Positions 44,048 through 52,860 of a stretch of 54,477 bases of DNA are shown piece by piece. Source of the DNA: Verrucomicrobia bacterium ADurb.Bin070 (GTDB lineage Bacteria; Verrucomicrobiota; Kiritimatiellia; RFP12; UBA1067); NCBI GenBank assembly GCA_002071025.1, contig MWEJ01000002.1, positions 1-54,477 on the forward strand, read 5' to 3'. Numbering within the stretch: the stretch's first letter is position 1; each line of letters opens with the position of its first letter. The position numbers were made by a program, and so were the translations under genes. Under the pieces are notes generated by a model that worked only from the letters and a program-made list of their open reading frames with translations, did not search any database and was not told the origin of the DNA.

Positions 44048-45046
44048 TCACTTCACGTGCTCGCTCCGCGCGGAGGACCATTCGCCGGAATCGGCCGGCA
44101 CATCGACGCCGTTGCACATCAAGCAGGTCAAGTCCTGCAGTTTGGACTTCGTGGGCCTCTCCGGGGCCACGATCCCGTCGACGTGGCCGTCCGCGAAGGC
44201 CACATGGGCGACATGCCGCTTGCCGATCTTGTGGTTGAACCCGAGGATCTCTTCATTCGTCGGCTTTTTGTTGTAGCCCCGAATCTCGACCTCCAGCACG
44301 CCGTCCGCCGCCTTGGTGTCTGTCTCGACCGACTCGTCGAAGTTCGCGCCTTCGACCCTGTAGGCCGGCAACTCGGCGAACAACAGCAGCGAGCCTGCGT
44401 TCCCGCGGTCCGACAAACTGTTCACGTTGACACCGCGTCCCGTCGCTTTCTTCGCGCCGCTGGTCCGATAATCGTAGCCGAAATAGGCGTTCATCACATA
44501 CGACCGGCGCACCGGCGCGTTCAACTTGTGGACGCCCTTGCGCTTGCACACCCCCTTGTGGGTGTCACACACGTACGTCGTCAGGTCCGCACCCACGTAG
44601 CTCCACAAAAGCCCGTTCGAGATCGAGTGGTACGTCGTGCTCTTGTCACCGAAAAAGCTGGCCGTCTTGGTCGATCCGCTCTGGGGGTTCCTGTTGGGCC
44701 ACGGGAACCCGCCCGCCGACCACGTCCACGACACCCACCCCGGCCGATGGTGGTACATCTCCTGGTACTCCCCGCCCACCATCGCGGGCCACGACCCCTC
44801 GTGCGACCCCGCCCAGGGCATGGTCTCATCCGGCTGCCAAACTCCGTTTTTACCGGGATGCGAATCGACCGCGTAAGACAAAGCAGCCTGCGCGAGATTT
44901 TTCAGGTTGGCCTTGCACCGCACCGCCTGACCGGAAGCCCGCGTCCTACCCACCTGAGTCGTCAACGCCGCCGCTAGGACCCCCAAAATCGATATCACAA
45001 CCAAGAGTTCAACCAGCGTAAAGCCTTTGATTGACCGACAAAACAT
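44048..45046 (-). CDS. prepilin-type N-terminal cleavage/methylation domain protein, DUF1559-like
   Basis: ORF-track frame 44048..45073 (TTG). ATG 45046 follows AGGAG. MFCRSIKGFTLVELLVVISILGVLAAAL is a class-III signal (G/FTLVE). The C-terminal RHVAHVAFADGHVDG resembles the H-X9-DG motif of this PVC-expanded family, though the spacing is not exactly 9. Confidence 0.8.
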   Translation of the reverse strand: MFCRSIKGFTLVELLVVISILGVLAAALTTQVGRTRASGQAVRCKANLKNLAQAALSYAVDSHPGKNGVWQPDETMPWAGSHEGSWPAMVGGEYQEMYHHRPGWVSWTWSAGGFPWPNRNPQSGSTKTASFFGDKSTTYHSISNGLLWSYVGADLTTYVCDTHKGVCKRKGVHKLNAPVRRSYVMNAYFGYDYRTSGAKKATGRGVNVNSLSDRGNAGSLLLFAELPAYRVEGANFDESVETDTKAADGVLEVEIRGYNKKPTNEEILGFNHKIGKRHVAHVAFADGHVDGIVAPERPTKSKLQDLTCLMCNGVDVPADSGEWSSARSEHVK

Positions 45047-45207
45047 AACACTCCTAAGTCCGCTTTTTATCAACCCGTATTGTCTCTTATCTCACCACAG
45101 GTGGCAAGGGTTTTTATCCGTCTTTTTTCGCTTGCGAATCCATCATGAATCCTGTGAAATAGGTCACAATTGTTTCTTCCATAGAAGGTTAAGAAGGATT
45201 CTCTCTT

Positions 45208-46926
45208 ATGCGTTGGTCGCGTTCGCTGCTCGCCACCCTGCGGGATGACCCCCAAGAGGCGGAAATCGTCAGTCACAAGCTCATGGTCCGCGCCGGACTC
45301 ATCCGCAAGCTCTCGGGCGGGCTTTACACCTTTATGCCCCTCGGCCTGCGCGCCCTGCACAAGGTTTCCCGCATCGTCCGCGAGGAGATGGACCGCGCCG
45401 GCGCCCAAGAGATCCTGATGCCGGCCCTCCAGCCCGCTGAACTTTGGGAACGTTCCGGCCGCCTTGCCACTATGGGCCCCGGCATGTTCCGGCTCAAAGA
45501 CCGCGCTGAACGCCTGATGGCTCTCGGCCCCACCCACGAGGAGGTGGTCACCGAGCTTCTCGCCGGGGAGGTCTCATCCTACCGCCAACTCCCCTGCACC
45601 GTCTACCAGATCCAAACGAAATTCCGCGATGAGATCCGCCCTCGCTTCGGCCTGATGCGCGCCAAGGAGTTCATCATGAAGGACGCCTACAGCTTCGACA
45701 CCTCGCTCGAAGCCGCCGACGTCTCCTATCAGGCCATGTTTGACGCCTACGTCCGCATCTTCCGGCGCTGCGGCCTGGATGCCCGCCCGGTCGAGGCCGA
45801 CACCGGCGACATCGGGGGCAAGTGGTCCCATGAATTCATGGTGCTCGCCGATTCGGGCGAGGACGGCATCGTCGATTGCCCGGCCTGCGGATATGCGGCG
45901 AATCAGGAGCGCGCCGAACGCGCAGACGTCCCCGCCGCCGACCCGGAGTGCCCGCCGCCGGCCGCTGTCGCTACACCCGGCGCGCGCACGATCGATGACC
46001 TGACCGCCTTTTTCGGCTGCACGGCCGAGCGTTTCATTAAAACATTGATTTACCTGGCCGACGGCAAACCGATCGCCGCCCTAGTCCCCGGAGACCGCGA
46101 CCTCAACGAGCACAAACTCAAGCGCCTGCTCAATGTCAAACAGCTCGCCTTGGCCGACGAGGCCACCATCGAAAACGTCACCGGCGCCCCGGTCGGCTTT
46201 GCCGGCCCGGTCGGTCTCGCCATTCCGGTCTACGCCGACCGGGCGCTGCGCGGCGCGGCCGACCGCACCACCGGCGCGAACAAGGCTGACACCCACTTGA
46301 CCCATGTCGCGCTCGCGCGTGACGCTGCGATCTCTGCGTTTGACGATCTCGTGGTCGCCGGACCGGGCGACGCCTGCCCCCGCTGCGGCAAGCCGATGCA
46401 GCTCAAGCGCGGCATCGAGGTCGGCCACGTCTTCAAACTCGGCACCAAATACACCGAATCGTTCGAGGCCTCCTTCCTGACCGACAAAGGCCAGAGCGAG
46501 TTGATGGTCATGGGGTGCTACGGCATCGGTGTTACCCGTACCCTGCAGGCCGTCATTGAGCAGAGCCATGACGCCGACGGCATCGTCTGGCCGATCTCGG
46601 TCGCCCCGTACGCCGTCTCCCTCCTGCTGCTCGACCCCAAGGACCCCACCGTGTGCGCCGTTGTGGACGCTCTCGAGCAGGCGCTCGCCGCCCGCGGCAT
46701 CGACGTTCTCGTCGATGACCGCGAGGAACGTCCCGGCGTCAAATTCAAGGACGCCGATCTGATCGGCTGCCCGATCCGCGTGGTCGTCGGGGCCAAAGGT
46801 CTGGCCAAAGGCGGCGTCGAGATCAAGCTGCGCACCTCCAAGGACGTCGCCGTCGTGCCGGCCGAACGGGCCTCGGTCGCCATCGCCGAGCAGGCCGCCG
46901 CTCTGGCGGCTGCTTTGGACACGTAA
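45208..46926 (+). CDS. proS: proline--tRNA ligase (bacterial type with editing domain)
   Basis: 572 aa. Motifs include MRWSRSLLATLRDDPQEAEIVSHKLMVRAGLIRK, FRDEIRPRFGLMRAKEF and GCYGIGVTR. Confidence 0.95.
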   Translation: MRWSRSLLATLRDDPQEAEIVSHKLMVRAGLIRKLSGGLYTFMPLGLRALHKVSRIVREEMDRAGAQEILMPALQPAELWERSGRLATMGPGMFRLKDRAERLMALGPTHEEVVTELLAGEVSSYRQLPCTVYQIQTKFRDEIRPRFGLMRAKEFIMKDAYSFDTSLEAADVSYQAMFDAYVRIFRRCGLDARPVEADTGDIGGKWSHEFMVLADSGEDGIVDCPACGYAANQERAERADVPAADPECPPPAAVATPGARTIDDLTAFFGCTAERFIKTLIYLADGKPIAALVPGDRDLNEHKLKRLLNVKQLALADEATIENVTGAPVGFAGPVGLAIPVYADRALRGAADRTTGANKADTHLTHVALARDAAISAFDDLVVAGPGDACPRCGKPMQLKRGIEVGHVFKLGTKYTESFEASFLTDKGQSELMVMGCYGIGVTRTLQAVIEQSHDADGIVWPISVAPYAVSLLLLDPKDPTVCAVVDALEQALAARGIDVLVDDREERPGVKFKDADLIGCPIRVVVGAKGLAKGGVEIKLRTSKDVAVVPAERASVAIAEQAAALAAALDT

Positions 46927-46952
46927 ACAGCCCCATTTTGAGGATCCCACCC

Positions 46953-47270
46953 ATGAAGATCGACGACCTGAAAGAAGCCGGCACCGCGTTGACCAAGCGC
47001 GAGCTCGTCGCCCAGATCGCATCGGAGACAGGGCTCACGCAGCTCGAAGTTTTCGACGTCGTTCAAAAAACGCTCGACGGCATTGTCGACGCGCTCAGTG
47101 CGGGGAAGCACGTGGAATTCCGCGAGTTCGGCGTGTTCGAGGTGACCACGCGCAAGGCGCGCATCGGACGCAATCCCAACAGACCCGAGGACGTCGTCAT
47201 GATCCCCGTGCGCCGCGTGGTCAAATTCAAACCCGGCAAACGCATGCGCGACATGCTGGCCAGCCAATAA
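46953..47270 (+). CDS. HU/IHF family DNA-binding protein
   Basis: ORF-track frame 46938..47270 (TTG). ATG 46953 is preferred. LTKRELVAQIASETGLTQLEVFDVVQKTLDGIVDAL...GRNPNRPEDVVMIPVRRVVKFKPGK shows the HU/IHF arm (GRNP...P). Confidence 0.85.
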   Translation: MKIDDLKEAGTALTKRELVAQIASETGLTQLEVFDVVQKTLDGIVDALSAGKHVEFREFGVFEVTTRKARIGRNPNRPEDVVMIPVRRVVKFKPGKRMRDMLASQ

Positions 47271-47275
47271 TCCCT

Positions 47276-48544
47276 ATGAGATCTACAGCCCTCTCGTTCG
47301 ACCCGCCGCGCGGCATGCGCGACTTTTATCCGGAAGACATGCGCTGGCGCAACCGCGTCTTTGATGCGTGGCGCGAGGCCTCCGTCAATTATGGTTTCCA
47401 GCCGTATGACGCCTGCGTCGTTGAAAGCCTCGACCTGCTGCAGCGCAAAAGCGGCGAGGAGGTTTCCGAACAGATCTACCACTTCGAGGACAAGAGCGGG
47501 CGCAAACTCGCCCTGCGTCCCGAAATGACGCCTACGCTCGCCCGCATGATCGCGGCGCGACAGGGTCAGCTCGGATTCCCGGTCAAGTGGTTCACGGTCG
47601 CCCAGTGCTTCCGCTATGAACGCATGACCCGCGGCCGCAAGCGTGAGCATTATCAGTGGAACATGGACATCATCGGCGAGGAGAGCGTCTCTGCCGAGAT
47701 CGAAATCCTAGCCGCCGCCGCCGCCGCGCTGCACGCGATGGGCATGCCTGCTGACGCCTACCGTATCCGCGTCAACAACCGGGCGTTGCTCGCTGAGCTG
47801 CTGGCCGCCTCCGGCATCGCGCCAAAGCATCATGCCGCCGTGTTCCTGGCGCTCGACAAACGCGGCAAAATAAGCGACGACGAGATCACCGCCCTGTTAC
47901 GCGCCGAGGGCCTCGACAGCGCGGCAATCAGCAAGACCTTCGAGCTGCTGGGGGTCGAAACGCTCGACCAGGCGGCCGCGCTCGCCGGGCCCGATTCGCC
48001 TGCGCTCGCCGCATTGCGTGAACTCTTCGCCCTCGCCGACGTCTACGGCATCGCCGACCGGCTGGAATTCGACATCGCCGTGATCCGCGGCCTAGCCTAT
48101 TACACCGGCATCGTCTTTGAAGCCTTCGACACGCAGCGCCGCTTTCGCGCGATCTTCGGTGGCGGCCGTTACGACAGCCTGCTCACCACTATCGGGGGCG
48201 CACCCACGCCCGCCGTCGGGCTCGGGTTCGGCGACGTCGTCGTGGTTGAAGTGCTGAAAGAGCTGCTGGGCGAGGCCGCAGCCGCCGACAAACGCGGCGT
48301 CGTCATCGGCTACATGTTCCCCGAACAGCGCGAAGCCGCCACGCGTCTCGCCCGCAGCCTGCGCGAACAGGGCGAGCGCGTCGACCTGATGCTGGCACGC
48401 CTCAAGCCCAAGCAATTCTTCGCGCGTGCCAGCGCCAGCGATGCGGCCGACGCGATCTTCATCGGTCCGGATGATGTCGCGGCCTGCAGCGCCAAGCGCA
48501 AAGACCTCGCCACGCGCGAGGAGACGGTGATCGCCCTGGCCTGA
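47276..48544 (+). CDS. hisS: histidine--tRNA ligase
   Basis: 422 aa. Motifs include PRGMRDFYPED, LALRPEMTPTLARM, FRYERMTRGRKREHYQ and GGGRYD. Confidence 0.93.
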   Translation: MRSTALSFDPPRGMRDFYPEDMRWRNRVFDAWREASVNYGFQPYDACVVESLDLLQRKSGEEVSEQIYHFEDKSGRKLALRPEMTPTLARMIAARQGQLGFPVKWFTVAQCFRYERMTRGRKREHYQWNMDIIGEESVSAEIEILAAAAAALHAMGMPADAYRIRVNNRALLAELLAASGIAPKHHAAVFLALDKRGKISDDEITALLRAEGLDSAAISKTFELLGVETLDQAAALAGPDSPALAALRELFALADVYGIADRLEFDIAVIRGLAYYTGIVFEAFDTQRRFRAIFGGGRYDSLLTTIGGAPTPAVGLGFGDVVVVEVLKELLGEAAAADKRGVVIGYMFPEQREAATRLARSLREQGERVDLMLARLKPKQFFARASASDAADAIFIGPDDVAACSAKRKDLATREETVIALA

Positions 48545-48592
48545 TCGTGTCGCGTTTTTTCAATCCGCTCGAATCAATCGGCCGAATCGACT

Positions 48593-49384
48593 TCACCCGA
48601 ACAGCCGCATCGCGTTCTCATACGTGACTGCAGCGATGTGATCAACGGTTGTGCCACGCACCTTCGCCAGACACTCGGCGACATGCACCACGAAAGCCGG
48701 CTCATTGCGCAGCGAGCGTTTGGGTACCGGTGCCAGAAACGGCGAATCCGTCTCGATCAGCAGCCGCTCATCCGGCACAAACACCGCGCTTCCACGCAAC
48801 ATGTCGGCGTTGCGGAAGGTCACGATGCCGCTGAAACTGATGGCCAGTGAACGATCGAGCAGGCGTGCGGCAAAGTTTTTGTCGCCGGTGAAGCAATGCA
48901 CGACGCCGCGCAGCCCCTCGCCGCGCCACGGCGTTTCGTCCAGCACCTGTAACGTGGCCTCTTCGGCGTCGCGCGTGTGAATGATCACCGGCAATCGCCA
49001 TTCATCAGCCAGCATCAACTCGGCACGGAACAGCGCGCGCTGCGCCTCGGCCGATTCAGGATGGTAGTGGAAATCCAGACCGGTCTCGCCCACCGCCGCC
49101 GGCGGCTGCGCTTCGGCGAGCTGGCGCAGCGTTTCGACATGCACCTCCGGCGATGCGGACGCTGCTTGGTCGCGATCAAATCCGATCGCCAACCGCACGC
49201 ACTCCGGATACGCCGCGGCCACCGCGAGCGCCCCGACGTTCAGCTCCGTGCTGCCGCCGACTGCCACGATCCGGCCCACACCGGCATCCATTGCCCGGTC
49301 AATAACCGCAAACATCTCCAGCGGCAATCCATCAAAATGCGCGTGCGTGTCATAATAAAGGCTCTTGTGTTCAGTGGCTGCCAT
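48593..49384 (-). CDS. tatD: TatD family metal-dependent hydrolase/DNase
   Basis: 263 aa. Motifs include YYDTHAHF, VGETGLDFHY, PVIIHTRDA, GVVHCFTG and ETDSPFLAP. Confidence 0.88.
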   Translation of the reverse strand: MAATEHKSLYYDTHAHFDGLPLEMFAVIDRAMDAGVGRIVAVGGSTELNVGALAVAAAYPECVRLAIGFDRDQAASASPEVHVETLRQLAEAQPPAAVGETGLDFHYHPESAEAQRALFRAELMLADEWRLPVIIHTRDAEEATLQVLDETPWRGEGLRGVVHCFTGDKNFAARLLDRSLAISFSGIVTFRNADMLRGSAVFVPDERLLIETDSPFLAPVPKRSLRNEPAFVVHVAECLAKVRGTTVDHIAAVTYENAMRLFG

Positions 49385-49393
49385 CCGTTCAAC

Positions 49394-49414
49394 TCCTAAA
49401 TCCTAATTCCTAAA
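49394..49414 (-). repeat. three tandem heptamers (minus strand TTTAGGA-ATTAGGA-TTTAGGA) directly upstream of the tatD start
   Basis: The plus strand reads TCCTAAA TCCTAAT TCCTAAA at 49394-49414. This is an AT-rich island in the 61-nt spacer between the Memo/AMMECR1 stop (49446) and the tatD ATG (49384). The proximal AGGA sits 9 nt from the ATG. Confidence 0.6.
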
Positions 49415-49445
49415 TTCCCAACATTTAGTTCGTCGCTCGTGCTGA

Positions 49446-50906
49446 TTATCGGCCCGGCCCGGCCTTTTCGTGAATCACCTGCGCCTCGAACACCAGAAAC
49501 TCGGCACCATCGCGCCAGGCCTCCGGAGGAAGTCCGGCCTTCATGGCGAGATGCGTGAGCGTCTCTTCGATGCCCCACCCTTGTTCCGGCGCGACCTGCG
49601 GCAGAAACACCGCGCTGCGCCCGCCCTTGGTCAGCACCATGCCGTGCGTGCCGATCACGATATCGCGCCACGACGCCACCGGACGCGGCGGCGTCAGCAT
49701 TGAGATCTCGATGTCGATTTCATCGAGTTCCTGTTCGGTGAGCGGCTCGAAGCGCGGATCATGGAAGGCCGCGTTGAGCGCCTGCTCGCGCACGACTTTC
49801 CAGATCTCGCGGCGCGGCACGATCTCGCCGATGCAGCCGCGCAGTTCGCCCCGCTTGTGCAGCGTCACAAACCCGCCGCGCACCGCGCGCAGTCCGGCTG
49901 TCAACGTTGCGGGTTCTCGTAAGGCCGCGCGCCGTTCGCCGCTCTTGAAGGCCTCCGTGATCGCCTCGCGCGCCCAAACCAACAATCGGCCGCAATCCTC
50001 GTCAGAGATTTTTTCAGCGGCCGTCGCCTCCGACCGAGCTTGACTCGCGGGCTTTGACCACGCCCCGGTCACCAGCGCGCCGATATAGCTCACCGAATTC
50101 CTCGTGTCATGCGTAAGCTTACCCGACGTTTCATACGCCGTCCGCTCGATCTTGGCATCGCCGGGAAGCATCGCCAGCAGAAATGCCAGCGGATCTCGGC
50201 CGCAAACCGTGGCCCCCGTCTCGTCCAGCCGCTTCAGGAAACCGGGGAGGTCCTTGCGGGCAAACAGATCGAAGATCCCCATATCCAGCGTTTCGATTTT
50301 CCTCTGCACATCGTTGGTGAACGGCAGATACCCGTAATTCGCGCCGTAATGCGTGAAGTCCGAGCTCGCGACCACGAGCGTCCGATCATCCAGCAGTTCC
50401 TTGAACGCGGCGGCCGCCGTCAGCAGATTCGCAGCGTCGAACTGCCCGCACACCACGCACACAACCGGCACGTTGGTGGCCAAACACGCTTGGATGAGCG
50501 GCAACTGGATCTGGTCGCTGTGCTCCTGCGCATGCGCCTGAGGCTCCTGCGTGACGAAGGGCAGCGCGCGCGCGCGTTTCACAAACTCAGTATCGACCGG
50601 CAGTTCGCCGAGCGGCGTGCGGAGGTGCGTCGCGTCAGGAATGCTGACCCGGTTGCGCATCCCCACGTAGTGGCTGGGCCCCATCACCACCACGCGGCCG
50701 ACCGACTTGGCATCAATCCGCAGAAAAACGCCTGCCGCCACGCGTCCGGAGTAACGGTATCCCGCATGCGGCACCACCGCCGCGCAAACATTTTTTCGGC
50801 GCACGGCCGTCACGTCTTTGCACAGGTCCGCGATTTCATCACGCAACGCACGTTCACTGTCCTGATACCAGCGGCCCGCCAACGGCGACACCATCACCTT
50901 TTTCAT
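49446..50906 (-). CDS. fused AmmeMemoRadiSam system protein B (Memo-like) + protein A (AMMECR1 domain)
   Basis: ORF-track frame 49446..51191. The preferred start is ATG 50906 (AAGGAGG plus 8 nt; MKKVMVSPLAGRWY). An alternative is ATG 51002 (GGGAGGA plus 7 nt). The Memo half has VVPHAGYRYSG, VVVMGPSH and SSDFTHYG. The AMMECR1 half has GGFVTLHKRGELRGCIGEI and HGMVLTKGGRSAVFLPQV. Confidence 0.85.
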   Translation of the reverse strand: MKKVMVSPLAGRWYQDSERALRDEIADLCKDVTAVRRKNVCAAVVPHAGYRYSGRVAAGVFLRIDAKSVGRVVVMGPSHYVGMRNRVSIPDATHLRTPLGELPVDTEFVKRARALPFVTQEPQAHAQEHSDQIQLPLIQACLATNVPVVCVVCGQFDAANLLTAAAAFKELLDDRTLVVASSDFTHYGANYGYLPFTNDVQRKIETLDMGIFDLFARKDLPGFLKRLDETGATVCGRDPLAFLLAMLPGDAKIERTAYETSGKLTHDTRNSVSYIGALVTGAWSKPASQARSEATAAEKISDEDCGRLLVWAREAITEAFKSGERRAALREPATLTAGLRAVRGGFVTLHKRGELRGCIGEIVPRREIWKVVREQALNAAFHDPRFEPLTEQELDEIDIEISMLTPPRPVASWRDIVIGTHGMVLTKGGRSAVFLPQVAPEQGWGIEETLTHLAMKAGLPPEAWRDGAEFLVFEAQVIHEKAGPGR

Positions 50907-51093
50907 CGTCACGTCCTCCTTACGCTGCGGCAGCGTCCGCTCGCCCGAACAGCCGGCCGCCACACACGCGAGCAGCACCATTTCCGGCAGAACACCCCGC
51001 ATGTCGTTTCCTCCCGCGCTTACCCCGCCCACGTCGCCATTTGCCGTACACGCGCCGGGTCCAGCCGACACACGCGCATCCTCCCCCGCCGCC

Positions 51094-51113
51094 GGCGGCA
51101 CAACGGTGCCGCC
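51094..51113 (-). other. perfect 8-bp GC hairpin in the radical-SAM/Memo spacer
   Basis: GGCGGCAC-aacg-GTGCCGCC on the plus strand. The stem arms are reverse complements, so the same stem forms on the minus strand with loop cgtt. It lies about 50 nt downstream of the radical SAM stop and has no U-tract. Confidence 0.4.
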
Positions 51114-51159
51114 ACCGCTGCCAGCAGGAAACAGCGGCGCGTGAGGCAAGCCGCGCGCG

Positions 51160-52152
51160 TCATGACCAAACCCCGTACACCGGCCTGCCACACTCCGGGC
51201 AGCCGCCGTCCGGTGTGACGCGGTTGGCCGTCACCACATACCGCTGACGCGTCACCACGCGCGCGCCACAGCCCGCACAAAACGTATCGTCGCCATCCGG
51301 CACCTCGGCATTGCCCACGTACACGTGCTTGAGTCCCGCCGCCCGGGCGCGCGTCCGCGCCCGCAGCAGCGTAGCCAGCGGCGTGGGCGGCAGATGCGTC
51401 ATGCGGAAGGCGGGGAAGAACCGCGAGAGATGCAGCGGAATCTCACACCCCGCATGGCCGGCCAGCCATTCGAACAGCCCGTCCAGCATGTCATCCGAAT
51501 CATTGAGCGTCGGGATCACCAGGTTCGTGATCTCGACATGCACGCGCGCCGCGATCATCTGCTGGACGGTCGCCAGTACCGGCGCCAAGCTGGCCTCGCA
51601 CACCTCCCGGTAAAACGCCTCGCTGAACCCCTTGATGTCCACGTTTGCAGCATCCACATGCGGCAACAGCGCGGCCAGCGGCTTCGCATGGATGTATCCG
51701 GCCGTCACCAACACATTGCGCAGACCGGCCGCGCGCGCGGCGATGCAGCAGTCGCGCACATACTCATAGTTGACCAGCGGTTCGTTGTAGGTGTAGGCCA
51801 CATGGCCACACCCCTGCTTTTTTGCCAGTGCGGGCAGCTCTGCCGGCGGCAGCGCGAACGCCGAGATCGCTTCAGGATTGCCCTGCGACATGTCCGCGTT
51901 CTGGCAGTGCTTGCAGTGAAGGTTGCAACCGGCCGAACCGAGCGACAGGATCGCCGCCCCCGGACAGAAGTGGAACAGCGGCTTTTTCTCCATCGGATCG
52001 ACATGCACCGCGCACGGGCGCGCATATGTCACGGCGACCAGCCGCCCGTCCAGATTCATCCGGACCCGGCACTCACCGCTGAACCCCGGCGGAATACGGC
52101 ACGCTTTCGGGCAGATGCCGCAGCGGACCACTCCTGCTGTCCGTTCTGACAT
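51160..52152 (-). CDS. AmmeMemoRadiSam system radical SAM enzyme
   Basis: ORF-track frame 51160..52197. Start is ATG 52152 (AAGGGGG plus 8 nt; MSERTAG). The N-terminal Cys cluster is CGICPKACRIPPGFSGEC. The radical SAM triad is CNLHCKHCQN. The C-terminal Cys pairs are CAGCG...CPECG. Confidence 0.85.
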   Translation of the reverse strand: MSERTAGVVRCGICPKACRIPPGFSGECRVRMNLDGRLVAVTYARPCAVHVDPMEKKPLFHFCPGAAILSLGSAGCNLHCKHCQNADMSQGNPEAISAFALPPAELPALAKKQGCGHVAYTYNEPLVNYEYVRDCCIAARAAGLRNVLVTAGYIHAKPLAALLPHVDAANVDIKGFSEAFYREVCEASLAPVLATVQQMIAARVHVEITNLVIPTLNDSDDMLDGLFEWLAGHAGCEIPLHLSRFFPAFRMTHLPPTPLATLLRARTRARAAGLKHVYVGNAEVPDGDDTFCAGCGARVVTRQRYVVTANRVTPDGGCPECGRPVYGVWS

Positions 52153-52248
52153 ACCGACCGCCCCCTTTCTTTGCCGCATGATCGCGCAACCCATCACGCC
52201 GCACGCTGACAGTACCTGTCTGACCGGAACCGCCGGTTGCGGACTCTG

Positions 52249-52719
52249 CTAAGGACGGATCGCTTCAACCTTGCCGCATGCCTCGTGCAGAAACGCCGAA
52301 ATCCCCTCCAGCCCCTCGGTGAACCGGGTGGCCAGAAAAACATCCACGGCTGCTTTAGCCATGTCCGGGCCCCAGATCATCTGACCCAGGCAGAGCACGT
52401 TGGCATTGTTGATCGCGCGACACATCCGCGCGGCGTAAACCGATTCCACAACCGCAGCGGTAACGCCCTTGAATCGATTGGCGACGATCGACATGCCCAT
52501 GCCTGTGCCGCAGAAAAGAATCGCCCGCGACGCCTTCCCGTCCTGCAGGGCCTTGCACACCGCCACCGCGCTCTCAAAATACGGGCAGGTGTTGCCGTCA
52601 CGCTCACTGAGGTCCGCGACCTCAAACCCGGCCTCCCGCAGATGCGCCGCCACCGCGTCTTTCAGCGGCACGGCATACGGATCTGCCGCAACCAGGATTC
52701 TTTTGTCGTCTGTCATCAT
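52249..52719 (-). CDS. rpiB: ribose-5-phosphate isomerase B (RpiB/LacAB family)
   Basis: ORF-track frame 52249..52803. Start is ATG 52719 or 52716 (MMTDDKRILVAAD). ILFCGTGMGMSIVANRFKGVTAA contains the catalytic Cys. Confidence 0.85.
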   Translation of the reverse strand: MMTDDKRILVAADPYAVPLKDAVAAHLREAGFEVADLSERDGNTCPYFESAVAVCKALQDGKASRAILFCGTGMGMSIVANRFKGVTAAVVESVYAARMCRAINNANVLCLGQMIWGPDMAKAAVDVFLATRFTEGLEGISAFLHEACGKVEAIRP

Positions 52720-52860
52720 CCCTACTTCTCCCGTGTATGCGCTTGTCACGCATGATGCCGTTACTATAGACCAAATCTTCCGTTTCGGGTAGCCGCAAAT
52801 CAACGAAGCGCCGCAGACGCGCCGCAGAGAGAAAAAATTACGCTTTGCCCTCTGCGGTGT

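Noticed and set aside
48545-48592. A possible intrinsic terminator (GTCGCGTTTTTT) between the convergent hisS and tatD genes.
   Set aside because: I could not find a convincing stem upstream of the T-run; there are only 5-bp CGCGA/TCGCG arms with a ~30-nt loop. The TCGGCCGA palindrome is too short to be meaningful.
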